Shown here piece after piece: positions 29,086 to 37,466 of a stretch of DNA of 64,000 nucleotides. The notes beneath the pieces were generated by a model. It did not search any database. It had not been told where the DNA came from and was given only the letters and a program-made list of their open reading frames with translations. The number at the start of each line of letters is the position of its first letter. Within the stretch, counting starts at the first letter, position 1. Both the position numbers and the translations under genes were made by a program. The DNA is from a virus. Its lineage: Duplodnaviria > Caudoviricetes. Location of the stretch: positions 5,759-69,758 of the IMG/VR virus record IMGVR_UViG_2898907183_000003; one strand, 5' to 3'.

Positions 29086-29307
29086 ATGAAGTTAATTGAG
29101 TGCCTAAACCAGCTTCCGGATGAAATGGGGTTAATTGATCTAACTGAGACTGGCAAGAAAGTAAAGACTGTTAAGGAAATAAAGAGCGAGCTAAAAAATC
29201 CAAATGAAGATGGGTATGAATTAAGGACTAACAAATACAATTACGGAAAAGATATTAAATTCTCAATTGGCCTTATTGACGGACCTAATATTTACAATCA
29301 GGCATAA
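29086..29307 (+). CDS. Hypothetical AT-rich accessory protein
   Basis: GAGGAGG RBS; followed by CATCCGG/CCGGATG terminator. Confidence 0.65.
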   Translation: MKLIECLNQLPDEMGLIDLTETGKKVKTVKEIKSELKNPNEDGYELRTNKYNYGKDIKFSIGLIDGPNIYNQA

Positions 29308-29408
29308 CGCAACCAAAAGGACATCCGGTAATCAACCGGATGACTTTCGTTTTTGTTTACGTTAGGGCGCGGCAACCCGCGCTAATTTTATTTAGGAGGC
29401 GTTGTGAC

Positions 29409-29873
29409 ATGGCGGATCAAACGAAAGAGCCGCGCGAGTCGAACGATATTTACGGGTATTGGCCGAAGGAACCTACGGAAGATAACGGCGGACTTAACGC
29501 TCCAACAACCGGAGTCGGTCCCGGACGCGACATCACGCTCACACTCAACGTAGACGTATCGGACGCGCTAACGGGGCTCAAAGCGTTGAGGCGCGAGGCT
29601 GATAAAGCGGCGAAAGCGCTGCGGGAGTTAAACGAGGTGCGGGCGCAATCGTGGAACTTCCAGAGTGGCGAATACATCGAATGGGAAGGCGAACTACACC
29701 GCGTTATCTGCGCGGATGAGGATACGTCCGTTCTCGCTTCTTCTCGTCACTTTCCGGAAGAAGGGCGCACGAACACGGATTATACGAAACTGTTCGCGGT
29801 AAGCAATCGGCCGGAACTGTTCGATGTGATTGCGGATAAAGTAACGCGCATCCGACCGGAGGTGTCCGAATGA
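29409..29873 (+). CDS. Hypothetical phage protein
   Basis: AGGAGG RBS; LNVDVSDALTGLKALRREA motif. Confidence 0.6.
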   Translation: MADQTKEPRESNDIYGYWPKEPTEDNGGLNAPTTGVGPGRDITLTLNVDVSDALTGLKALRREADKAAKALRELNEVRAQSWNFQSGEYIEWEGELHRVICADEDTSVLASSRHFPEEGRTNTDYTKLFAVSNRPELFDVIADKVTRIRPEVSE

Positions 29874-30149
29874 ACGAGATCGAACGGTTTATCATCGACG
29901 GTATCCGCGAAACACTCGAAGAGAAAGAAAAGTTCGAAAAAGAATACGATGACACTCGCCGCAGAATCGAAGAATTCCGAGAAGCGATGATGAAACGCGG
30001 CGAGAGACGATTATTAACGCAGGCTAAACGAGGGCTCCTGACCTAGCGGTTGGGAGCTTTATTTAGGTTGCGTTATCCTTACGGATTCAATTGCGCTAGG
30101 CGCGGCTTACTGCTGCGCTAATAATTTAACGAAAGGATGACGATGGACG

Positions 30150-30440
30150 ATGATGAGAATTGAAGAACCCACGATGGACAACCAAAGACTAGGCGGCTTA
30201 CTCGCGTACCTAGACCGGCTGACTGCGTTATCAGCTGCTAACTCGTTTACGGCAACGCGAGAGATTTCACAATGCCTTGCGGAAATTCGTAAGGAACTCG
30301 CGATTGGTCCGTGGGATCGCGCAAAGACACATAATATTGCGCCCGGTGTCCATATCGAAATCGACGACGGACATGGCAACGTAATCAGAATCGAGGGCCC
30401 GGCCAGTATCGCGGTCCTTCCGTTGGGTGATCGCGGGTGA
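30150..30440 (+). CDS. Hypothetical phage protein
   Basis: RBS AAGGA; C-terminal IEGPASIAVL. Confidence 0.55.
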   Translation: MMRIEEPTMDNQRLGGLLAYLDRLTALSAANSFTATREISQCLAEIRKELAIGPWDRAKTHNIAPGVHIEIDDGHGNVIRIEGPASIAVLPLGDRG

Positions 30441-30562
30441 AAATACTGCGATGGGAGGAGCGTTTGGTTCCGGTGGGCCCAGGCGAGTACGAGTTGCGCA
30501 TTGAGGCGGAAGTGATTCCAGACGCTACGCCAGAATACGTCGAAATCGGAGGTCAACGGTAA

Positions 30563-30802
30563 ATGAACGGTAAGCACGCGACTGTTAACGAAACTCACGC
30601 GGCCAATTCCCGTGAGTTTTTCTACTGCTACTCGCCGAATTTGCACGAGTTCTTGAAGGCGCGGGGCCAACGATATATCTGCTCGGGCCTTCACGAAAAG
30701 ACCTTGCGCAAATTCTGGCAATACCGGCGCGACGAGCGATTGAACGGATTGCTCGCGGAGTACGAGCGGAACAATCCGAATCGGAGGGCCGCGAATGAGT
30801 AA
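30563..30802 (+). CDS. Small phage protein upstream of replication initiator
   Basis: FFYCYSPNLHEFL...FWQY motif; ATGA coupling to next gene. Confidence 0.6.
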   Translation: MNGKHATVNETHAANSREFFYCYSPNLHEFLKARGQRYICSGLHEKTLRKFWQYRRDERLNGLLAEYERNNPNRRAANE

Positions 30803-31646
30803 CGTACACCAACAACTCGCCAGGATCAAAAGCGGCAGGCCTACCGGTCAAATTCAGCCGATGGGCAACGGAAATATCGGGCGCGACGAACTCGGTCGCG
30901 TCTTTTATATTTCGTCCGCCGAGCAAGTCGAAGCGATCCGCCGTCGGAGACAGCACGGAAAGGACACGCGGAAATTCTCGTTCACCAACATGCGGAATAT
31001 CCGTGAGATTACCGAGGGCCTTTCGAGCAAATATTGCGGGTACATTCTGCTTCTGCAGCCGCATATCCAGTACGAGACAAACGTATTGATCGCGGACGAT
31101 TCGAGCGGCCGACCGGTCACGATCGATGACCTCGCGAAGATATGGAACGTGTCAAAACGGACGGCTCGTACGGTCATGGGCGAGTTGGAGGCGCGGAGCA
31201 TCGTATTTGACCACGGGTGCCGGTTCGAAATCAGCGACCGGTATCATTTCCGCAAGAAGGCGAGCGATGACGTCGACATGCTGATCAAGACGTTTTTCAC
31301 CGCGCTCAAACGGTTCAAGATGTCGGCGGCCGATTTCGGTTTCGTGTATAAACTGTTGCCATACGTTCACTACTCGACGAACGTGATTTGTTCGGACCCG
31401 TTCGCGGAGAATCCCGAGGACATCCGGTTCCTTAACGAGAGGCAAATCGCCGCAATCGTTGGGATGGCGGAGAGCAAAACGAAAGAGACGCTCGCTCGAC
31501 TGAGGAAAGCGGGCATTGTCGGTGAGTGGCGGAAGGGAACGGACAAACGCGAGACGCTAACGGTGCTCAATCCGTATGTGTTTTATCGGAAGAACGGGCA
31601 GCCAGACGAGACACTCCGGGCACTTTTCGAAGCGCATTCGTACTAG
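30795..31646 (+). CDS. RepL-like replication initiator with tandem winged-HTH domains
   Basis: Two wHTH units (IDDLAKIWNVSKRT; ERQIAAIVGM); C-terminal LNPYVFYR; iterons downstream. Confidence 0.6.
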   Translation: MSNVHQQLARIKSGRPTGQIQPMGNGNIGRDELGRVFYISSAEQVEAIRRRRQHGKDTRKFSFTNMRNIREITEGLSSKYCGYILLLQPHIQYETNVLIADDSSGRPVTIDDLAKIWNVSKRTARTVMGELEARSIVFDHGCRFEISDRYHFRKKASDDVDMLIKTFFTALKRFKMSAADFGFVYKLLPYVHYSTNVICSDPFAENPEDIRFLNERQIAAIVGMAESKTKETLARLRKAGIVGEWRKGTDKRETLTVLNPYVFYRKNGQPDETLRALFEAHSY

Positions 31647-31711
31647 GGGCGTACAAAAATACGTCCCCTTTTTTGCACGATTTCGGGCAGATACGTCCCC
31701 TTTTTTGCACG
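31645..31711. repeat. Iteron-like repeats, candidate origin
   Basis: Perfect 21-bp direct repeat ATACGTCCCCTTTTTTGCACG at 31659-31679 and 31691-31711, plus partial inverted copy AGGGGCGTA at 31645. Confidence 0.7.
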
Positions 31712-32302
31712 CGAGTCGAGGTGGCTTCCGCCTTACAGCCGCAAGGGTTTCGGCGATTTTTCGGGGGCAAAACGGGCAAAATCGTTCTTTATCTTATATA
31801 CAACGTAAAGCTAACGCAGCCGAGGAGGAATCGGCTAACGCCGAGCGAGTTCGCCTGACGGCTCCTCGCCATCATCCCTTCTTCGCGAAGAAATATCATA
31901 CATGAATGTCTTGCGCGGAGAAAGGCAGGGTAACCGAGGCGCGGAGCGTAGCGACGAGCCGAAGGTCGCGAGGCCGATAGGCCGAAGCGTTAATCTTTTA
32001 ATCCGGGAGGTTCCCGTTAATATGCACGACCATATTACAAGCTACCAAGCGTTAGAGAAGAAATACCGAGTGATACGCGATAGGTGGCCGGAAAGAGGCG
32101 ACCTTGTTTACGTGTCGTATATCGGAGTGTTTCGCGTAGATAAAACAGATGAGGATCGCAATGTGACCGTTAAGTATAATGGATCAACACTGCGTTTTGC
32201 ACCGAATCATTACCGTTTGGTTGAGCCGAAACTGACGGTACTGTAACGCGCGGCGCCCGGCCAGGTTCCGCGCTTTTATATTTTACGGGAGGAGGGGCGT
32301 TG

Positions 32303-32437
32303 ATGGACGTTAAAATGGCGTGCGAGAAATGCGGGGCTGAACCGGAAAAGAACGAAGAGAAATCAAACGAGAACTGGAGCGTTTACGGTCTGACGTGTTC
32401 TTGCGGCGGGAGAGTCCGGTTCGTGTTCGAAGAGTAA
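32303..32437 (+). CDS. Small zinc-ribbon protein (44 aa)
   Basis: CEKC...CSC; GGAGGAGG RBS. Confidence 0.55.
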   Translation: MDVKMACEKCGAEPEKNEEKSNENWSVYGLTCSCGGRVRFVFEE

Positions 32438-32456
32438 GACGGAAGGAGGTCGCTAT

Positions 32457-32840
32457 TTGACGATGGCTAAACGCTTATCACCCGAACAGTACATCGCAAT
32501 CGGATATCTCGCACAACCGCACAATGGCGGTAAGACGATCGCAGAGATCGCGAAGGAATGCGGAGTATCGGAGCGTACGATTTACAACTGGAAGAATGAC
32601 GAGACATTCGAGAGGGAGCTTATCGCGCAGATGAGGCGGAATGTCCGCGATATGATTCCGGCCGTCAACCGGGCGATGTTCGATACCGCGATAAAAGACG
32701 GGAACGCGGCGGCCGCGAAATTGCTCCTGCAACAAGTTGGATTGCTTACGGATAAGGTCGAGGTGGAAACGAAGACTACCGCTGAGGTACCGGACCTTGA
32801 CGAACTCAAACGGATGGTCGCTGAAATGGACGAGGAATAA
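32457..32840 (+). CDS. terS: Terminase small subunit (phBC6A51-type HTH)
   Basis: KTIAEIAKECGVSERTIYNWKND, GNAAAAKLLLQ; upstream of terL. Confidence 0.8.
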   Translation: MTMAKRLSPEQYIAIGYLAQPHNGGKTIAEIAKECGVSERTIYNWKNDETFERELIAQMRRNVRDMIPAVNRAMFDTAIKDGNAAAAKLLLQQVGLLTDKVEVETKTTAEVPDLDELKRMVAEMDEE

Positions 32841-32966
32841 CGCGCTATTAATGTAGGTTCGCGCTGGGTCGGTTGCGTATCGTTTCATACGACCGCAATT
32901 TTGTCCGCTGCATGCCTCCGGCGCGCGACCCCTCCGGAAATTTTCGAAACAAACGAAAAGGGCCCA

Positions 32967-33521
32967 TCACTGAGCCCTTGCGTTGATATATCGGTATAGC
33001 GTTGTCTTGCCAAGCCCAGTCGCCTCCGTTATCTGCTCGATGGTGTACCGTTTGCTTGCGTACATGTCGAGCGCGAGAGCTACCTTATCCGCATTCTTTG
33101 ACGGACGACCACCCTTTCTACCGCGTGCTCTAGCGGCTTCCAGACCGGCGTGCGTGCGCTCTACGATGATGTCCCGTTCCAACTCGGCTATGCTCGCCAT
33201 CATGCGGAAGAAGAACCGGCCCATCGCCGTGGATGTGTCGATGTTGTCGCGGATCGAAACGAAGTCGACGCCGGCCTTTTCGAAATGCTCGGCGAGTTCG
33301 ATCAAGTGTTTCGTTGAGCGCGATATCCGATCCAGTTTGTACACGACAACCTTATCGCCTGGGCGGAGGACCTTTAGAAGCTCCTCTAGTTGCGGGCGTT
33401 CTTTCGTTTTACCGGTCATTTTCTCGTGATATATCCGGTCGACACCGTATTTGTTCAATACGTCAATCTGCGCGTCGAGGTTCTGGTCTTGCGTACTAAC
33501 GCGGGCATATCCGAAGATCAT
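32967..33521 (-). CDS. Small serine recombinase (resolvase/invertase family)
   Basis: IFGYARVSTQDQ, RPQL, KLDRISRS, ERTHAGLEAARARGRKGGRP, C-terminal HTH. Confidence 0.93.
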   Translation of the reverse strand: MIFGYARVSTQDQNLDAQIDVLNKYGVDRIYHEKMTGKTKERPQLEELLKVLRPGDKVVVYKLDRISRSTKHLIELAEHFEKAGVDFVSIRDNIDTSTAMGRFFFRMMASIAELERDIIVERTHAGLEAARARGRKGGRPSKNADKVALALDMYASKRYTIEQITEATGLGKTTLYRYINARAQ

Positions 33522-33968
33522 CGCGATCGCCTCCGTTTTCTTTATGCACCAATCGTACCATAAACGGTGTCGTCGTTCAATATCGGGAATTTGATTTTGG
33601 AACGGGTTATGGGGCGGTGAGAATGCGATAAGACCGTTGGGCAAGCGCGGAGCTGTACGGTTTCCCGTAAACGACCGTTTTCGGAACGGTGAGGAGTGCC
33701 AGACCCCAAGGCACCCCTCGCAGGTCCCGTCGTCAGGCCCCGGATAAATCCGCGTATCAAAAATTAACTTTGACTTTATTGCGATAAAGTGAATCGAGAG
33801 CAGACGCAAGGCCACCGAAATGCCTAATCGGTGGTCTTTTTGTGTTTTCGATTCTATGCGCTAAAGGCGGTTCAGCTTGCGATTCGCGACCGCAAGTTAC
33901 AGCGATCTCCCGTCGCGCTATGGACCGCCTGCTTCACCTTCTGACGGGACAAAAAGATAACGGGAGAG

Positions 33969-34679
33969 ATGCGGTTGAGTATCGAAAACACACGCGAAGA
34001 GTTCATGAGATTGCGCGGACAATTTCTCGAGCAACTACCGAAAAGTTGTCAGAACTGCGGTAGAGAGGACGATTTACACATTCATCACATTGTACCGTTA
34101 GCACTCGGCGGGCGTAACGTGCTCTCTAATCTCGCAACACTTTGCGGCGAGTGTCACGGTAAGGTTCATGGCCTAAAAATCCGGGAATCACACGGGAAAG
34201 CCGTTAAGGAAGGTCGTATTAAAGCGGCACGCCCCGGTAAATGGGGCGCGGGGAAAGTCCCGTACGGGTACGATGTCGACCGATTCGGCGAGATGGTCAT
34301 AAACGAGGAAGAGGCGCAGATAATACGTCTCATGTACAAATGGCGATACATCGACAATTTAACGTGGCCCCAGATTACGGAGATTCTCCGTGAGATGGCG
34401 ATCCCAACAAAAACGAACGGTGAATGGAGCAATGCGACATTACACCGTATTTTTAATAACCCGTTGTACCGCGGCGAGTACTATCTACAGGGCGAGTTTA
34501 TTGGCTACCTAGATAATCCGATCCTTGATAAAACGCTTATTGACGCGGAAGACGAATACAAACGAAAGTACACGCAGCCTAACGGCAAGCTATACGTTTT
34601 CCGGTGTAAATCGTTGAAATTCGGCCACAAGGCGGAGGGAGGCGGTAAGCGTGGCATGGGTGAACGGGCGTTGGCTTGA
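33969..34679 (+). CDS. HNH endonuclease fused to a large-serine-recombinase 'Recombinase' DNA-binding domain
   Basis: CQNC...HIHHIVP...GG.N..SNL..LCGECH; then GKWGAGKVPYGYD...INEEEAQIIRLMY...W....L..IFNNPLYRG. Confidence 0.82.
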   Translation: MRLSIENTREEFMRLRGQFLEQLPKSCQNCGREDDLHIHHIVPLALGGRNVLSNLATLCGECHGKVHGLKIRESHGKAVKEGRIKAARPGKWGAGKVPYGYDVDRFGEMVINEEEAQIIRLMYKWRYIDNLTWPQITEILREMAIPTKTNGEWSNATLHRIFNNPLYRGEYYLQGEFIGYLDNPILDKTLIDAEDEYKRKYTQPNGKLYVFRCKSLKFGHKAEGGGKRGMGERALA

Positions 34680-36399
34680 TCGGGACTCCCGTCAAGAACT
34701 CATCGACACGCTACGTCTCGGACGCGACAAACTCCGTAAGAAACTCGACGCCGGGACTATCACCGCAGACGAAGCGGTACAGCTTCGCGCGTGGTTAACG
34801 GAGCTTAAGCGTTTGGAGCGCATCCACCGCGCCGAGACCGACCTCCTCTACTTCGCGCACGAGTATTTTGGCGAGGTCTATAATCCCGGTAACTCCGGTA
34901 ACTGGATACCGGTAACGATTTCGGAGGCCCCGGAGTTTCATCACGAATTATGCGAGATCATGAACACGGTGTCAAACCGAGAGTTTAACGCGAAAATCGC
35001 ATGGGCGGCACCCCGTTCACACGCGAAGTCCTCGTACCTTTCAAAGGCCTTTCCGTTACACGAAATCGTGTTCCGGAAGCGAAAATACATCATCATCATA
35101 TCGGAGACGCCGCAGGTGTCTACCGCGAACATGGAATGGCTCGGAATCCAGCTCAAGAGCAACGCAAAACTTCGAGCGGATTTCGGGCCTTTATTGTCCC
35201 CGAAACAACAAGAGAACCCGAAGGATAACTCCTCCGAGTTCATTACGTGGGAGCCGAGAGAAGGGGGCGCGCAACATCTTCTCACGCGCGTCGAGGCCGC
35301 CTCCACCGGCCAGGCGTTGCGTGGTCGGAACTGGAACGGGCACCGTCCGGATTTGATCATCTGCGATGATCTCGAGGGCAAAAAGAACACGAACACAGCG
35401 GAACTCCGGAAAGAGATGCGCGACTGGTTTACGCAGGTAGTGATGCCGCTCGGTGACCCGACAGGCAAGAAAACGGCGTTCGTCGTAATGGGGACGATGG
35501 TCCACCCGGAGTCGCTCTTGCGATATATCATCGAGCAGCGCTCCGACTTTAAGTCCCGTTTGTTCAAGGCGGTAATCGAGCCGCCAGAACGGGGCGACCT
35601 GTGGGAACAATGCCGATTGATTTATACGGATCGCGAAAACCCGAATCGTGCAGAGGACGCGGAGGCGTTCTACCTCGCGAACAAAGAGGAGATGGACCGT
35701 GGCGCTGTAGTCCTGTGGCCCGCCGTTCAGCCGTTATGGACGCTGATGAAGTGGAAATGGGATAACGGTTCCAAGGCGTTCAATACCGAGTATCAGAACA
35801 CACCTCTGGACGAGGAAAACCAAGTATTCGTTCCCGAGCGATTTACGTATTGGGACGCTACCGATCCCGGCCGCAAGTTCCCGCACAACGAATACGACAT
35901 CTTTATGGGCGTTGACTTCGCGATGGGAAAGACGCGCGGCGACTACTCGGCGATCGTGACGGTTGCCAAACGGAAGGACACCGGAGGCATCTATGTCATC
36001 GACGCGTGGGGAGAACGGGTCCATCCCGACGAATTCCTCAAGGTTATCGTCGAAAAGGTCATGCACTACCAACCGGCGGCAATCGCGGCCGAATCGCAGG
36101 CAGCGCAAGAGTTTTTCGTTCACAAGTTGAAGGAGGCGCTTCGGGCCAAGGGGTACCCGTCGCATACGCGTGTGAAAGAGATCAAGCAAAGACAACGAAA
36201 GGAGCTCCGCATTGAAGCGCTGCTCCCAGACATTGAAAACGGAACCATTCAGTTCTCGCGCAGGCACGCGCTACTTCTCGAACAGTTCGAACGGTACGGA
36301 AGCAACTCTCATGATGACCTCCCGGACGCACTCGAAATGGCCGTGCGTGTTGCGAAGGACGGTAAAAAACAGGTAATCGACAAGCCAGCGTGGCTATAG
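34651..36399 (+). CDS. terL: Terminase large subunit
   Basis: APRSHAKS Walker A, LIICDDLE Walker B, GVDFA, HDDLPDAL nuclease motif. Confidence 0.93.
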   Translation: MAWVNGRWLDRDSRQELIDTLRLGRDKLRKKLDAGTITADEAVQLRAWLTELKRLERIHRAETDLLYFAHEYFGEVYNPGNSGNWIPVTISEAPEFHHELCEIMNTVSNREFNAKIAWAAPRSHAKSSYLSKAFPLHEIVFRKRKYIIIISETPQVSTANMEWLGIQLKSNAKLRADFGPLLSPKQQENPKDNSSEFITWEPREGGAQHLLTRVEAASTGQALRGRNWNGHRPDLIICDDLEGKKNTNTAELRKEMRDWFTQVVMPLGDPTGKKTAFVVMGTMVHPESLLRYIIEQRSDFKSRLFKAVIEPPERGDLWEQCRLIYTDRENPNRAEDAEAFYLANKEEMDRGAVVLWPAVQPLWTLMKWKWDNGSKAFNTEYQNTPLDEENQVFVPERFTYWDATDPGRKFPHNEYDIFMGVDFAMGKTRGDYSAIVTVAKRKDTGGIYVIDAWGERVHPDEFLKVIVEKVMHYQPAAIAAESQAAQEFFVHKLKEALRAKGYPSHTRVKEIKQRQRKELRIEALLPDIENGTIQFSRRHALLLEQFERYGSNSHDDLPDALEMAVRVAKDGKKQVIDKPAWL

Positions 36400-36444
36400 A
36401 CTTATTTCAATAAACGCAACTACACCTTATGTAAATGGATGTTA

Positions 36445-36472
36445 AAAAACGCTTACTTCGGTAGGCGTTTTT
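36445..36472 (+). terminator. Intrinsic terminator-like hairpin after terL
   Basis: ACGCTTAC-TTCG-GTAGGCGT followed by TTTT. Confidence 0.6.
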
Positions 36473-36560
36473 CTTATGTCCGTTTACGTCGAAGACCGCC
36501 TAGGGGACGCCCGAAAAGCGTATCCATCCCACGCCTGGCGGTCCATTCAATTTCCAAGGG

Positions 36561-37466
36561 ATGGGATACGAACGAAAGGGATGGTCTCATAGAGTGAAGG
36601 TCACTTTACGCGACAAAATTTCGAAAGAGACACTTGAAGAGTTGTATGTTCAGCAAGGGAGAAGCATAGGTGAGATCGCGAAGCTATGTGGTTGTGGTTA
36701 TGGAAGCATCAGCAGGTTAATGTCAGAGTACGGGATTGGAAAGAGAAGTAGTAAACAAGGATTGGCTCTACATTTCAAACGAAATACTAACTTCGATGTG
36801 GAGTTTTTCAAGCAAGAGTCCCCTGAATTCTTTTACATCTTAGGGCTGTGGGCGTCTGATGGGTGCGTGACCAAGGATGGGGGACTAAAACTGACCATGT
36901 GCGATATTGATGTGGTCGAATGGGTCAAAGAGAGGATCGGTTACAAAAACAAAGTCTTTGTGCGTATACCAACAGGATTCCAAAACGCTAAAACTACGTA
37001 CACCCTAACATTCTACAATCAGGAAGTAGCCGGAATCTTCGAGGGGTACGGGATTGTTCCGAACAAGTCTCTTACAATAAAATTTCCCAACATTCCGCGT
37101 CAGTTTATCCACGACTTTATTCGAGGGGTGTTTGACGGAGACGGAAGTATTTCTGTAGGTGTTCGATCCGACAACGGGGCTCGCACACAATCATTCAGAA
37201 TCGTTAGCGGTTCCCTAGACTTTGTCAAAGGAATTGAAAGAGTCCTCGAGGAGGAACTGAACGTCAGGGGTAACAAGATTAGTGCTGATAAAAGAGGGGC
37301 TGGCGTTTACGAGTACAGGGTTTCTCGTAGACAAGACGTCGCAAAGATCGCAGCGTGGTTGTATCAAAACGATGCTTTCGGGATGAAACGAAAGAAAGAG
37401 AAAATGTTACAGGTCTTAAGTGACGCTCGCCAAGAAAGGAGGTATGAAGTTGGGAAAGCTGTTTGA
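36561..37466 (+). CDS. Free-standing LAGLIDADG homing endonuclease (probable start GTG 36594)
   Basis: YILGLWASDGCV and FIRGVFDGDGSI motifs; N-terminal HTH; lower GC. Confidence 0.9.
   Translation: MGYERKGWSHRVKVTLRDKISKETLEELYVQQGRSIGEIAKLCGCGYGSISRLMSEYGIGKRSSKQGLALHFKRNTNFDVEFFKQESPEFFYILGLWASDGCVTKDGGLKLTMCDIDVVEWVKERIGYKNKVFVRIPTGFQNAKTTYTLTFYNQEVAGIFEGYGIVPNKSLTIKFPNIPRQFIHDFIRGVFDGDGSISVGVRSDNGARTQSFRIVSGSLDFVKGIERVLEEELNVRGNKISADKRGAGVYEYRVSRRQDVAKIAAWLYQNDAFGMKRKKEKMLQVLSDARQERRYEVGKAV

Noticed and set aside
32967-33815. 282-aa version of the resolvase
   Set aside because: The family N-terminus MIFGYARVS and a GGAGG RBS place the start at 33521.
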